Source: Blastocystis sp. Blastoise (lineage: Eukaryota; Protista; Bigyra: Opalinata). From it: a stretch of 64,000 bases of DNA. Shown one piece after another: positions 1-15,127 of this stretch. The notes below the pieces were generated by a model. That model was not told the origin of the DNA. It searched no databases and worked only from the letters and a program-made list of their open reading frames with translations. A program made the position numbers and the translations under genes. Numbering within the stretch: the stretch's first letter is position 1; each line of letters begins with the position of its first letter. The stretch is from NCBI GenBank assembly GCA_039096225.1, contig JBBPEB010000034.1:1178001-1242000 (forward strand). The letters run 5' to 3'.

Positions 1-1
1 T

Positions 2-157
2 GATAATGATAATAGTGATAATGATAATGAAAATAGTGATAATGATAATAGTGATAATAGTGATAATAATAATATGGATAATAGTGATAATGATAATATA
101 GATAATAATTTTATAGATGAAGATCTTGAGGATGATCCTAATGACATAGATGTATAA
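2..157 (+). CDS. 3' end of a gene entering the window; Asp/Asn/Ser-rich low-complexity tail ending DEDLEDDPNDIDV*
   Basis: Open frame from base 2 (GAT AAT GAT AAT AGT...) to TAA at 155-157. Confidence 0.6.
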   Translation, partial: DNDNSDNDNENSDNDNSDNSDNNNMDNSDNDNIDNNFIDEDLEDDPNDIDV

Positions 158-726
158 AAGGAGTAAAATAATATAATAAAAAAATTTCAATAAATATGTT
201 TTTCTTTATTGTAGTTGTGTTTTTTACTTTATATAAGCATTTTTTGTTTTATTATTATTTAAATAAATACTAAAAATAATCTAAAAAATCATTGAATCTA
301 TTTCTAAATTTATCTATACTCATTCTAAACCAAATATTTCACATTTATAACAAAATACCCTCTAAATGTATTTTTTATCATTAAAGAATATTAAAAGATT
401 ATTTATCTCATATCACTTTCATCAATAAACATTAAATATTCACATTTAAGAAACACCATACCCATAATTCCCATTCCATTTCTTTTAATAATCTTATAAT
501 ATTCCTTATACCCATCTATAATCTCTAAAATTACCAAATAATCACAATAAAACCTAATTATTCTTCTAATAACAACAAATCTAAGCCTTCTTTTTCATCT
601 CAATTCAACCACTTTCACTCATTTTTTCATTCCCTCACTACCGTTTTTCATCGGCTTTTCCCATCATCAGTTTTTCCTGATTTTCTATTTAAAAAAATCA
701 ATTTTTAATTATCTTTAAACAAAGCA

Positions 727-2085
727 ATGAATTACTTTATCTTCATTTTCTTTATTATACTCTCTTCAGCTGCTTGTCCTAAGTATTATTATACTCCTTC
801 TGGACAAGAGTCTTGTGTCTATTGCAACGGTGTTGTGTCTACTGGTGAAAATAACGAATCTCTATGTACTCCTTGTGCTGATGGATCTTTTGCTTATCAT
901 GGTGTATGTGTTTCTGCTACAGAAACTTGTCCTAATGGAATTCCTTATGGTCAAACTTATGAAACGGAGACTGGTTGTGGTACTGGTTATTTCGGTATTA
1001 CGACTGCTTCTTGTATTCAAGTTAATAATGAATGGGTTGATTCTACAGAATATACAAATGGTTGTTTTGGTAATTCTCCTTTAAATAATGGATATCCTTT
1101 AGGTAAATCTGCTGTAAATATGCAATTAGAAATATCTGGCGTAGATCCTAGTGCATTCAATACTGAAGCTAAATTGAATATTGTATATTCTGTATTAAAT
1201 GCTTTTCCTTTTGCTATTGCTGATATTCAAATTGGTGGTATTATTAGTGTGAATGCGATTGGTGAAGAGCCTAAAGTTCGTATTTACCTTCGTATTGTGA
1301 CTATGCAAACTTATTATTATATATTCCAGAATTTAGTAACTATAGGAAATGTATATACAACTCCAAGTCAAGATATTACACATTATTTAAGAACTAATGG
1401 TAAATTATATTTCCATCAAGAAATACAAGCTAGTATAGTATATTGTGATTATATACAAGAACAAATAACTTGTGACGCTCCTACTGATTTACCTGAAGAA
1501 TATATTTCTAAAGATTTATTTATTTTAGATGATATCTTATATTATAGTTGTTCTAATTATAATGATGTTGAAAACATAGGATTTGCTACGCGAAAATGCT
1601 CAATTTCTGATAATACTGCTTTATTTACTTCTTTAGAATATTCGAATTGTTATCCTAAATATCCTGCTATTGATTCTGATGTTGAATATATTGATTTTAA
1701 AGTTATATTAAATAAAATACCTTTAGTCTATATAAATTGTAATATTACTTCAGAATTATATCCTTTATTTGTTGAAATAGCAGGTACAAAATTAAATGAT
1801 ATGTTTATCTATGGATTTAGACCTCATCAAACGGAACAATATTCTACTTCTACTGAAATGAGTATTCGTTATGTAGTTAAAAAGGATGAAATGCATTTAT
1901 ATGAAACAACAAAAACGATTAAAGAAGTATTAGTAAATCAATTAACTCTTGAAGAATTCAAACCTCTTATTCAAACGATTCGTGAAAAATTCAATTATTT
2001 AGATCCTAGTCGATTCCATGAATTTATGGTCGTTGAAATAAGCGATTTTACTGTAAATGGCATTCCTTTAGAAACTGAAAATTAA
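727..2085 (+). CDS. Secreted/surface Cys-rich protein, 452 aa, single exon
   Basis: Hydrophobic signal peptide (MNYFIFIFFIILSSA). Furin-like CxxC module CVYCNG...LCTPCADG...GVC...TCP, also present in the 50452-56601 protein. Confidence 0.85.
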   Translation: MNYFIFIFFIILSSAACPKYYYTPSGQESCVYCNGVVSTGENNESLCTPCADGSFAYHGVCVSATETCPNGIPYGQTYETETGCGTGYFGITTASCIQVNNEWVDSTEYTNGCFGNSPLNNGYPLGKSAVNMQLEISGVDPSAFNTEAKLNIVYSVLNAFPFAIADIQIGGIISVNAIGEEPKVRIYLRIVTMQTYYYIFQNLVTIGNVYTTPSQDITHYLRTNGKLYFHQEIQASIVYCDYIQEQITCDAPTDLPEEYISKDLFILDDILYYSCSNYNDVENIGFATRKCSISDNTALFTSLEYSNCYPKYPAIDSDVEYIDFKVILNKIPLVYINCNITSELYPLFVEIAGTKLNDMFIYGFRPHQTEQYSTSTEMSIRYVVKKDEMHLYETTKTIKEVLVNQLTLEEFKPLIQTIREKFNYLDPSRFHEFMVVEISDFTVNGIPLETEN

Positions 2086-2479
2086 AAAAGTGTTTTATTT
2101 TTTAAAATTATTCTTGTTTCTTTTATAATTCTTGTTTTGTTTTGTATGACGATTATTAATATATATATATTAATAAACAATATAGCATATTTAAACTTGA
2201 AGATAGCTTATTACAAAAAAAAAATCAAATATAAAAATAAAAAGAATACATAACAAAAAAGAATGGTTTACAATAAGTAAAACAGAATAATTCAAAGGTT
2301 TATATATGTATATATAAATAATAACATAAAAAAAGTGAGTATAAATTAAATAATAATAGAAATATTACATGGAAAAGTAGTGTGAGAAAGAGAATTAGAG
2401 TAAAAAGAAAATTATATTATATTATATTATATATATATATATAAGAAAATGATAATGAAATAATAAAAATATGTTATTT

Positions 2480-4356
2480 TCATTGTCTGCCAAATACTTC
2501 AATTTCCTTTACACTAAATGGGTTTGGTAAATAGTTTTTTTCAGTGTTAACAAATAAGGAGCTTCCAATAGTAGAAGGAATATCAAAAGAATCATATCGA
2601 TCAATAAATATCCAACAAGTTTTATCAGCATTACTAGAATCACCTATATAAAAACTATAATTATCTGTTTTATAGCATCCGCCAAGAACTGGACCACGAT
2701 TTACACTATGATGGAGAACACGTGCACCTCCGGAACACAAATAATGAGAGGGAGGAAGATTATAAGGGTTTTTTAATGTAAATATAAATGAATCTGGGTC
2801 AACAGATTTATAAGATTCTAAAGAAAAGTATTATAAGTATTTTAATTATTATAATAGTTGTATTGTTAATAGAATTATAGTAATTGTAATATATATATAT
2901 ATACTTCCATCTGTAGGTGATGTCCAAGAACGATTGACATATGCTCCTAATATATATACATCATTTGTATCAGGAATAGGAGAAGACACAATTGTTAGTG
3001 TTTCTCCTTTTAAATCGCAATGACGATGAAATGAGCGACTACTATATCCATCTTGACTACCTCTATATAAACAATAGTAGTATATAGATATAGAATAATA
3101 AAACTAAAAAATAATCGATTTATTATATATTATAATAAATAAATAAATAAATAAATAAATAAAAAAATAAATAAATAAATAAATAAATAAATAAAATAAT
3201 AATAAAAAAAAAGAAATAAAAAAATAATAATAATAAATAATAAAAAAAAAAAATAAAAAAAACAATAATAAAAAAAAAACAATACCTATATAATAATTTC
3301 CATCGTTTATCTTGTCCAACCCATTTCGATAGATATGCAGAATATTCATCAGTAATTAAAGTACTTTCAGGGAATATAGAATTATAACGAACAATAGAAT
3401 TCCACATTTTATCAGTAAATTGAATATTAAATGTATAAAATTCATTTCGTATTGCTTCTACATGTTGAGTATCATTTTCTTTTATATATATATAACCTTT
3501 TAAAATATATTCATTTATATAATTAAAATAATAATAAGGATTAATTAATTGTAAATGATTTGTATATAAATTTATACGCAAATCTTCAGGTATTTCCTTT
3601 GAAAAAATAGAATAATATAAATGTCTATTTTTTAAATCTTCTTTTCTTATTGTATATACACCATCACCGATTTCTATTTGCTTTATATCTAATTGCCAAC
3701 GTCTTTGAATTTCAGTCTGAATATCAAAATCAATTAAATTTGTAGGTGTAGGAAGTTTATAAAATTGAAGATCAGCATATAGTTGAAGACGTTTTGAATA
3801 ATTTAATGTATTCACATCTATCTTCTTTGTAGACATATATTCATCTATATATGAAAATAATTCTGCACTATGATTTATAAATAAAGGACCCATTGATTTA
3901 TCTTGAGTATTATTCATATATAACTCAGTAAATAAAGAAGTAGGATAACAATCTAAGATATTCTTCTTAAGATAACGCACTTCTATATCATTTTCAAATA
4001 TAAAAGGTATTAAAATTGGTGTTAATGATTTGGATATCATCGGATACAACATAATATTTGATAGAACAAAGAAAATAAAAGCATTAAAGACTATATATCT
4101 TCGATATTGAACAATTAAATCATAAAAAGAATGACTGGTCTCAGGTAGAACTATTGTTTTAAGCTCTTTTGACTTTTTATTCTGTTGAATATTATTCTTC
4201 TTGATAGATTCAGAAACATTTTTCTGTTTAGAGTTGCTTAGCTCATCATTTCGAATTTCAGAATTAACAGAATTACGTTTTTCTATATAAAAAGAATTAA
4301 ATATAGAATAGAATAATATGAAATCATAAAAAAATACTCCTTTGCGAATTCTGCAT
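2480..4356 (-). CDS. BTB/POZ-like + TLDc domain protein, multi-exon
   Basis: ATG at 4356. BTB-like segment (LFINHSAELFSYIDEYM...LYADLQFYKLP). Spliced TLDc motifs WKLLY/RGSQDGYSASSFHRHCD, GETLTIV, SFIFTLKNP, GPVLGG, FSVKEIEVF. Introns near 4284-4337, 3064-3286 and 2819-2903. Confidence 0.85.
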
Positions 4357-5601
4357 CTTATCTAATCTTAAAAAAATAAAAAGTTCATGAATACTACAAC
4401 CCAAGAAAAACCATCAAGAGTCCAGCGAAATTCTTTTTTTTTCAAGAAATATTTGTTTTGTAAAATTGTATTTTAGTAGAATTAATCTATAAATTGATCT
4501 ATTGATATGTTCTAATGAATGAAAAGTATATAGATTATAAGGTATATCTGTTTAAGATTCAAATTCTAGAATATTTAGTTAATTGAGTTTCAAATGTGTA
4601 ATGTTTGATATGAGTTGTTAGCCAATTTTATCTTTTTTAAAAAATATATAACGAGATTTATGAATGCCATCTGAATTACACTTATGGATATCTATGATTG
4701 TATTCGAATTGTCAAATGAATATGGGGATAGATGCTTTTTCATATTGTATAGGACTCGAGTATATTATTTAAGAGTCTATGATATGATCGCATGACGAAA
4801 TTATTGGGATATGAGATACGTTTTCATAGATTAATAGATTTATTTTTTTTGATTAACTTTTATATGTTTTTAAAATATGAATGATATTCAATGAAACATA
4901 AATTATATTTTATGTGTAAAATAATATAAAGTGAGTTTTGTAGTACATAAAAAGCAATTTTTATGCATTCATGAAGTGTTTCTAATAATTGATTGTTTCT
5001 TTTTACAATAAAACTAAAAAACTAATATTTATTATGTTCTCAAGTGAAATAGAGATAAATTCCTGACACAAATTGAGTTGCTATTATATGTAATATACTG
5101 ATAAAAAACGGTAATTAATTAATTTATAAAACAATTTATAATGAAAATGATCATAAGGTGATCTAATTTATCAATAAACATATATAGTACTTGACGAACA
5201 CCATATTTTTATGGTTTTAACAGGTTGACATGGAATCTAGATTATTAAGTTTTGGATAAATCCCCAAGAGTATATTTTTTGAGGTCGATAAAACTTGTTC
5301 AACAGATTTCTATTAAATGCTGCACATGAAGGAATACAGATCCAAATAATTGAATGAACCAAGTATTATTTTTCTGAAAAGATTCTTAAAATGATTATTC
5401 AATTCAATTTCACGTTTTTTACGAGTATTATTCCCATAGTTTTTGTCTGAATAATCCTGAAAATGTGTGATTACAATGAAACATTTGTAACATACTTGAA
5501 CTTGTAAAAAGTAATAGTATATTCACGTTACTACAATTTTTCTAAAAGTATATTTGTGTAAGAGAGTGTTTTGTTACTTGCTGAATTGTATTAATAGATA
5601 A

Positions 5602-7362
5602 ATGATGGATAAAATGATATGGTTCATGTATGGTGTGGTGATTATTGTTGCATTTTCAGTTAAATGGAATACCAACGTATGTATAACATATATTATATTT
5701 TATCTAGATAATATTTAGTATAAAATATCCAAAAAGGTGATGCAAATTAAATCTTATCAAAAGTTTAATGAGAGTATTTCGTCTTCATCATGGGATATTG
5801 ATGCTATAATTACAAAGCATGATCTTCTTGATATTGAGAATAAAGGAAATCAACAGAATTATACGTTGATCATTCAAGTAGATACTTTGTTGAATGAGAC
5901 TCTTCAATATGTTGATCATAATTTATGGGAATATATGAATATTGCAAAATATATTATTGTGAATGAGAAATTGAATTCTGAATTATCTGTGAACTCTATT
6001 GATCCTAGTTTTTCATTTCCATTTATTGTACGTCAAAATTTTGATATATATGATCATATATCATTTGCTTATGGTATATTCTTTCCAAGTGTATATTTAT
6101 TTTACTTTGATATGCGAATAATGAAAGGTATAGATCGAAATGAATTCGATAGAATTATTAGAGAAAGTCTTCAATTAATATACCAACAAAATACATCATT
6201 TACTTTATGTTATAATAATATGAATAATAATATGAATAATAATAATATGAATAATAATAATAATGTAAATAATAATATAAATAATTATAATAATAATAAT
6301 AATAATAATATATATGGATGCTATATTGGAAAACAAAGTATTGTTCGTAAATATTTATTGAATACTAATATGAATAGAAATAGTGAGAATTTCTTGTCAT
6401 TTCTTGCAAGAGATTATGATGCTAAACATATGAATTATTCTTTATATTATACAAAGAAAATTCAATATAATTATCAAATACCTCTTGGAAATACTATTCA
6501 GTTCAATAATGCTTGTGAAATTCCTATTAATAAAGATTATTCTGTTACTATTGGAACATATGCTCGTAATTATATACAAATGAGTTTAGAAATGATTCAA
6601 AAACAAACTCTAAAACCAAAATATATAGTTATATATCAAAATATGGATTATGTTCATTTTATTAATTATACTCAATATTGTCCTTCTATTCCTATATTTC
6701 ATATTTGGTGTACTAATTGGAATAGTATATATTTTGGTCGTTATTTAACTTCTATTTTATATGAAACAAGTATCAATATTATGTTAGATGATGACTTCTT
6801 CTTTAATGATCCAAATACATTTCAAGATGTTATTTCACAAAGTATTCAATCTAATGATATTTATGGTCTTGCTTCTTATAGATTACATGATTATTATACT
6901 CCTTTCTTTGTGAAAGAAGAAACAAATATGACTAAACGTGTGGATCATATTGGCGTTTTAACCGTGTTTCATGGGTATCATGTAAAAAATATGTTTAAAT
7001 TTCCGATTTTAACATATAGATATTCTGAAGATATGTATTTATCTTTATCGAATAATATAATTTGTGGATCTTTGTCTTATAAATTAAATATCAATAATGT
7101 CACTGATAATAATGAAGATGAACTACAATCATCAAAAACATTAAAATCAAATACAGAATTATATGTATTAAATAATATTACTCATACATTACCTTTTGGC
7201 TATTATAATCATGCTAAACCATATGGTGTATATAATTTCTTTATAGATCTTGGATATAAACCTTATTATTATGAATATTACCGATTTAGACCTTATTTTC
7301 ATCCACCTATCCTGTGTAATATTACACAATTACCTGATTCATGCTCTTTCTTTCCAGAATAA
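5602..7362 (+). CDS. Putative type II membrane glycosyltransferase (GT-A fold) with poly-Asn insert
   Basis: First exon MMDKMIWFMYGVVIIVAF (signal anchor), short intron about 5676-5707, then a 541-aa ORF. It contains YSVTIGTYARN, QKQTLKPKYIVI, YFGRY and a DxD-like IMLDDDFFF motif. Confidence 0.65.
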
Positions 7363-8783
7363 AATAGCATCTATCTTTTATTTTATTATAATATAATTTA
7401 TTAAATATATTAAATATATATATTTATTCTTTGTTTTTTTATTATTTTTTTTTATAATATATACACTTTCTTTTTCTTTTATAATTAATTTTTTAATGAT
7501 TTTTAATAAGTATTTGAGTTTTCTTATTTCGTGTTTTCCCCTTTTTTATATAAATATTGTTTTTATTTTTAAAAATATGATTCTTTTTATTGCTTATAAT
7601 AACTTTGTATAAAGTTTTTTAATAACTTTTTGTTATGTTTTCTTCTAAATTATAGTAATAATAAGTTATTTATTGTAAACTATAATAAAATATAATAAAC
7701 AGTATACTTGAAAGTATTAAAGAAAAATATTATTAAACTTAATTAACTCATTCAATAATTAGGATTTTGAATACTTGTTATTTCAATATAATTACTTTTT
7801 GAAAGAATTAAAAAAAATGTTATTAATATATATATAGGTATTAGTGCTATGAATAAAAGATTTTTGAAAAAAAATTAGTTTTTTGCTACTTATATATATC
7901 TATTTAAAGAAAAAATATAAGTTCAAAAATTTTTATTGTTTACTCTAATAAGATTCTAAACTTTTATTATAATTTATTTCTATTTATTATATGTAAGACA
8001 CATATATACTCTTTAGTTCATTATTTATTGGAAAATTTTTCATTTTTTATTTTTTCTTGGGTCTCCTTTGTTACTAAAATGCTATCAATGAATATAAAAA
8101 TAAATTAAATATAGTTTTTCGCTATTATATAGATTTTGTTAGTATATGTAATTTTTGTAATTATAACAATCATTCTTATTAAGATGGTTATTTGGAGGCA
8201 TTGAAGCTTCTTTTACGTTCTAAATCTATCGTAAGGTTGCTTATAACGTGAAACAACATATATATTTTAAAAAATAAACTTTTGTTTAAAACGAATTTCG
8301 TTGTTTATGCATTCATTTTCAGTTAATCTATAAATCAAATTGTAAGACAAATTTTTCTATTATCTTCTAAACACATAACATATATTTTCAATACATTTTC
8401 AATATTTTATTTTTTCATTAGAGTCAACTGCACAATAAATAAGTAATGTTTTTTGTATCTTTTATTAAAAAAAATATTAGAATAATATAAATCTATTTAA
8501 TGATCTTATAAACTTGTCAAATAAGTAGAAAGGAATGAACTATTAAATAAAATATATTATTTTTTTTTGTTTCTAACATACTATGAAATCGAAGAAACAA
8601 GTTCTACAACTTCTTCTTTTGAACGGAGGCTCCTCAATACATGAACTGGAAATAACTGCGATTTCTATTGGCGATTTCTATTTGCCTTCACTTCAAAATC
8701 TTCAGTTTCTTATAGTACTTCGCCAAAAATATTATTATTGTTTCATCTGTTTTTCTTTTTTAAATTTATATTTATTTAAAACA

Positions 8784-11700
8784 ATGATCATGATTTTTCT
8801 AAGTCTTTTATTTTATTTTGCCATTGTTCTTGCACAAACAAGTATTTATTTCTCTTTATTATTCTTCTAATCGTCAACATGAGTTGTTTATTATACATAA
8901 TTCTTTAATATAGACTGTGGGAATGATATTTATGATAATTATATATTGGTGACTCTTGAAGTGACTGGTAATCTTATTGGTTTTCCATCTGATGATGAAA
9001 CTGTTAAAATTACGCCATTATATTATGATCCGTTTAACAGTAATGTCTTTCCATATAATTCAATATGTGGAATGCCTGTTAATCAAGATGAAGAGTTTAC
9101 GACTGGAACATGCCCACAAAACTTCATTTATAGTGCTTTAGAAATTAAAACGAATAAAGCTACAGTAAATTTATGTTTACTTACTGATTCACAAGGTGGA
9201 GGTATACATTATAATTATCAATTTCAAAGTGAAAGTTCTGTTGTGAGAGGTTTCTGTGTGAAAGTTAAAAATACTTTAAATAATCATTATTATACTGGTG
9301 TATGTTATCAAAGTGCTGCTAAAAATACTCAATCCTTTGGTATTAGTGAACTACCAGACAACAAAATTTATACTCCTTCTATTAATAGAATTACAGACAC
9401 TATTTTCGTTGATGCTTTTAATGCTGCTGAAATAAGACCTGAAATTGCTCTTATATTAAATCATGATACTCTAATTGATGCTGGAGCTTATGGAAATTAT
9501 TTAACACAATTAACTTTTGAAGGTGAAACAACTATTGGATTGCAATTCAAAAACGATGATTATATTTTCTCTGGTCAAGTAATATCTTCAAATTTTGACA
9601 CAACTACTTCTTTTACTATTCGAACTGGTCCTGAAGATGAGCCTAAAAAGATTGTTAATATTAAAAAATTCGATTGTTCTACTTCTGGTGAATATCCTGT
9701 TCTTGTAACTCGAGTTCATAATGGTAATACAAATAGTGAAGTTTTTAGTTTAAAGAATTCTCAAGGTGAATTAATAGGAGATACTATTAATGTTAATGAT
9801 GACTCTCCTACTAGTTGGGGTCCTATTCTAAAGAATTCTGGTTCTACTATTAAAGGTCTTATTGCTGAATATGCTGTTTGTTTACCTAAAGATGATTATA
9901 CTTTAGAAATGTATGTTCTTAGTCGTAACAATATGCGTTTATCTATTTCTTGGACTTCTGATTCTTATGTTACTTTCTCTACTTTATCTGAACAACATAG
10001 TGATGAAATTAAGTATACTGGCTATATTGTAGGTGATTTCGCTTTCACTTCTTCTACAGGTAGTACTTCTAATATTCTTACTATTCATCTTGGTCCTGTA
10101 GAATGTGCTAATAATCAAAGAGTTGTTGTTTTTGATAAATTAGCTACTACTAATGGTGGTACTGAAGGTTTTGAAGTTTTTAAACGTAATTCTATTACTG
10201 GTGAATATCCTGAAGAACCTATTACTCAATATTATGGTTTAGCCAATTTCCTTGGTGGTCGTTTTGATCCTTATTTCAGAGTTTTCTTATGTTTAGATAA
10301 ATCTACGTATCGTATTCGTCTGAGAAATAAACAAAGAGTCAATGTTGCTTGTACTGCTTGGTCTACTACTTCTTCTGTTGAACAAATTACGTATACTAAA
10401 CTTGATGGAAGTAAAGTAATAAAACAAACTCATCCTTCTATGTTTAAATCAAGTATATTAACAGGAAATACTTATTATGGTGGTGATTTCCAATTAGATA
10501 CTTCTCTTGAAGGTGAATATTATTCTGTTCTTAATAATCCTTTAGATAATGAAGATCATAGGAATGATATTATATCTAATAATGATTGCCATTTTGATTT
10601 TGAATTATATGTTACACAAAGTGTTTCTTTTGATATTTATGATTCTCTTACTTTATTAGAGAATACTCAAATAATTACTCAATTTATTGGTGATCAAACT
10701 GAATTAAAACTTAGTTGTGAACAAGAAAATAATATATGTATTGGTATTACTGGATATACTATAACTTGTTCTTCTTCTAATGATTTCTCAACTACTTTTG
10801 ATTGTTCTAATTATGGTATTAGTATTCCTACTATTATTGATGATCTTACTAATGTAAAATTATCAGGAACTTATTTAAGTGATGCTCCTACTATGATATA
10901 TATTAAGTTTATTCCTACTATAACTGAAGTTAATAAATATATTCTTACTACTAAATATCTAGCAGTTGATTTAGTTCGTAGAGGTCCTTGTCTTAATGTT
11001 ATTGCAAATCAAGATGAAGATTTCAGTATTTTCTTTTATGATAATCAAGTAAGTGATATTATTTGTTATGATGGAAATGTAGAATTAACTAAAAATCAAG
11101 AAATAGACTCTCAATATACTGTTAGTCTAGAAAAACAATATTTTAAATTTCATTTTTCTGTTTCTACTTATACTCAATTTAATTGTAATATTGGTGAATA
11201 TGTATATAATATGAATATAAGACCTACTTGTGGTAAACAATATAATATTCCTACTCTTGCTTCTCTTACACCTGAAATTACTACTTATGAAGAAATTTGT
11301 GATGATATTACAGATACTACTTCTGAAAGTTATTGTGCTTATAATTCTATACTTAAACGTGCTTCTCTTGTAAAGATTGATTCTGTTTGTCATAGAAATA
11401 GATTTGAAGGCAATGATATTAAATCTGTTATTCCTGGTCATTCTTATACAAAAGTAGTATTTAATATAGTTGATAGAACTGATACTATTCAATATAATAT
11501 AGTTCCTTCTTCTTTCTGGTTTAAAGAACAAATCTTATTTGCTATCACTGAAGTTTCTACTATTCCTATTCAAGATATATATATCACTAAAATAGAATTT
11601 ATAGATGATTCTAGTGATTTTAGTAATCTTCTTGAAATAATAGTAGATACTCAATATGATTCTGCAAGTGATGTTCAATTTTTGTTCTTTGAAACTACTT

Positions 11701-12491
11701 TTATGGATGCTCTTAATAATAAACTACTTGAAACAACACATTATTTCTGGAGTATTTATAAATTAGATGTTATTGAAGCATTTTCTAAATCTACTCCTAA
11801 TGTATGTTATCCTATTACAGATACATCTGTTGATTATTCTTATTATGAAAATGCTGATGATACTCAAGTAAAAATCAATACTATTCCTTCTATTACTTAT
11901 CCTATAACTATACTTTATTATTATGGTTATTCTGCATTTACTGCTGTTTCTGGGACTCTATTTGATGGTGCTATAACTCGTTATTGTAAGACCAAATATT
12001 ATGAAGCTATATTTAAGAATTATACTACAACTTCTTATGTTCAATATTTCCCTACAACTATTAATAAATGGTCTGATGTTCATCTTAAAATTGTTATTGA
12101 AAATATGGATCCTAGAGGAGCTAATATGAATGTTCGTTATGCTTTAGCTCGTGTTTTTACTCGACTCATTGGACATACGGAATCTTATGATGCTAATAAA
12201 GTCTTAGAATATTTTGATGTTAATATATTTATGATTCAAGGTGAACAACCTGATGAAACTCAAGATCAAGTCTTTAAAAATACTGCTTTCTATACCGAAC
12301 TTCGTTTCAGAAATAATGAACAAAAAAATATATTCCTTGAATTATTTAAAAATAGAGTTCTTGAAACTTATAATGTTGAAGGAAATATTAAAGAAAAATT
12401 CTCAGAAGGTTTATTAAAGTTTTTAAAAGATAATGTTGGAAAGAAATTTAAAATTGATTATAAAAATGTTAATATTTATATTCTTCACTAA
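8784..12491 (+). CDS. Large secreted beta-rich surface protein (~1200 aa)
   Basis: Signal-peptide exon MIMIFLSLLFYFAIVLAQT, intron about 8842-8913, then a 1181-aa ORF. The C-terminal modules resemble those of 727-2085. Confidence 0.8.
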
Positions 12492-13105
12492 ATTATTGTT
12501 GATATTATTTTATTATTTATATACAGTTATTATTTTTAGAATTCTTATTTATTATTTTATGTAAATTTAGTATTTATTATAATGTTTATTAAAATCAGTT
12601 ATAACAATAGATTGTTTTGTTCTCTAGGTTATAAAATATATATAATTTATGATTTTTATACAATAATAGTGACATAAATAGATTGGATATTTTAAGGAAA
12701 AGAAAAACTTTTTTGGAAATATATTTTTTTTATGTTACTTGAGTTATGTGGAGTTTGTATATAGGTAATAAACTATATATAGTTGTAATTGTTTTTTTTA
12801 AAGAAAATATAGATTATATTTATAAGAATCTTAATGATTATTATTGGTGTATTTATAAAAAAATGGCAATTAAACATGATATTAAACAAATAGATTAAAT
12901 ATTGAATGAAAATAAAATAAAAAGATGGAAATGAAATAAATAAAAAATATAGTATTTCCACAAGACAATAAAAAAATTAAAGTCATATAAATTGAAGTAA
13001 TTATTTTAAAATAGATTTTTATTTACATAAGAAGAAATATATATAAAAAAGAACATAAACATGCTAATAAACGATAGAAAGTTATATATAATATATATTA
13101 TATGA

Positions 13106-15127
13106 TTATTCGAGACTATTCACATATAAAGGTCCTTCATAAGTGGATAATCGTGAATATATTTCGTCGGCAGAAGGTCTTTTCTCGGGATCATATTGGC
13201 AACAATCCTGAAATAGAGTATATAAAACTATATATATATATATAATGATGCGATATATTTTCAAATTAAATATATATATACTATTATTAAGTTTAGGTTT
13301 GAATGGAATAACATATTGAGGATCCATTTTTTTATTTGACTATATATAAGTAAAACAATATTGTGAAATAAAACGATAATAAAGATAAAATAGCATACCT
13401 GTCTTGAAAACATTTCAAATGCAATATCTATTCCCGTCAGTATATAATAACCTACTAATCCTAATGAATATATATCACATTTATTAGTAATAGGTATAGA
13501 ATCTCCAAATAATTCAGGAGCAGCACTATAAATATAATAATAAAAATAATAATTAACATAATAATTACTTACTATTCACGTGTACCACAATGAGTAATAT
13601 CTTTATCTTTGATTGGATCAATAACACGTGCAAGTTCAAAACCAATTAATATAGGATTATCTTCTATTTCCATTAAAATATTACTAGGCTATATAAATGC
13701 ATTACATATGGATAATTATAATAAATAAAATATTGAATAAAATAATAAATAAATATTGAATAAAATAATAAATAAAATAATAAATAAATATATATATACT
13801 TTGATATCTCTATGAACGATATTCTTCTCATGACAAGCAGCAACAGCAGAAACTAATTTCATAAAAATTGAACAAAAAGAAGTTGTATATTTCTCAATAC
13901 TCTCACTATATATATATATGTAGATTAAATTATATATATATTTATACGTTCTTAATTGTATAAATTTAAACAAATCTCCTCCAGAAACATATTTCGTAAC
14001 TATTTGGTATTTATCATCCATTTTTGTTAAGCCATACATCTATATACATATTTATATAGAAATCTATCTATATTATATATATACTTTAATTATATTTGGA
14101 TGATTTAATTGGTTAAGAACCTCTATTTCTCTTTTTAGATATTTAATATCCATAGGAGTTCTTTGATTAAGTTTTTTAACACATACGATTTCTCCTTTAT
14201 AAGTACTATAAATATAAATATAACTATAAATATATATTTAATACTATTTATAGAAACTTCCAAATATTCCATAATCTATTTTATCTACAAATGTCAAGTC
14301 CGATTTATCTATTATTGGTACTATATATAGTTATATAAGAATAGAGAAATATTTTAAAAATAGATAGAAGACAATTATATATAGATATATTATATATATA
14401 CCGTTGTCTGGAATATCAAAGCCAGATTCTTCATTTAACTTGGCAGCAGCATCTTCTTCTGAACTATATATATATTATATACATAAAATAAATTATATAT
14501 AACATATATACACAAATATTTTGTGTTCTTTAACTAAACTGACAAGATAATCGCATAAATCAATAAAAGTCATTGGCTATAATAATAGTAAATAATTATA
14601 TATTCATGGAATAAAATATATATATAAAACATACGGGTGAAAACATTCTAATTTTTTCTTCACATAAATATCCATATTCATCAAGAGAACCATTGAATAA
14701 ATTAAACACAAAAGAATCTATTTTAAAATAACATTCTAAAGTAAAACTATTTATTTACCATTTTTCATGATGTGGACAACGGGAGCCGTTCGTGGATATG
14801 ATTGTTGCATTAATGTTAGAGTCAACTCGAAACTACTGGGCTGATTATCAGCAACAGGAACTTCTAGTCTCAGACATACAACGTTTTCATCACCTTCCAC
14901 TATATAGAGAATTAAAAAATGATCGAATGATAATGAATCATACTTATTGATGAGCGTAAAACCTTGAATTTGTTGTTCTCAACAGCTTCTTTGAGTTGAT
15001 TAACAAGACCATATTTCTTATTTTAATTATATGTGTAATTATTAAAAAAATATACTTTATTATATTTAAAGGTTTCTAACAATTTCGATGCCTCAGCATA
15101 TTCTTGACTGTGTTCAATGTTTTCCAT
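13106..15127 (-). CDS. Protein kinase-like (probable pseudokinase) with N-terminal UEV/UBC-like domain, more than 10 exons
   Basis: Spliced exons give VCVKKL, REIEVLNQLNHPNII, VSGGDL, HRDIKPSNIL, CGT..YAAPE, CDIYSLG and DPEKRPSA. The DFG position reads GFE. The N-terminal SFELTLTLMQQSYPRTAPVVHI resembles a UEV/E2 fold. Confidence 0.85.
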
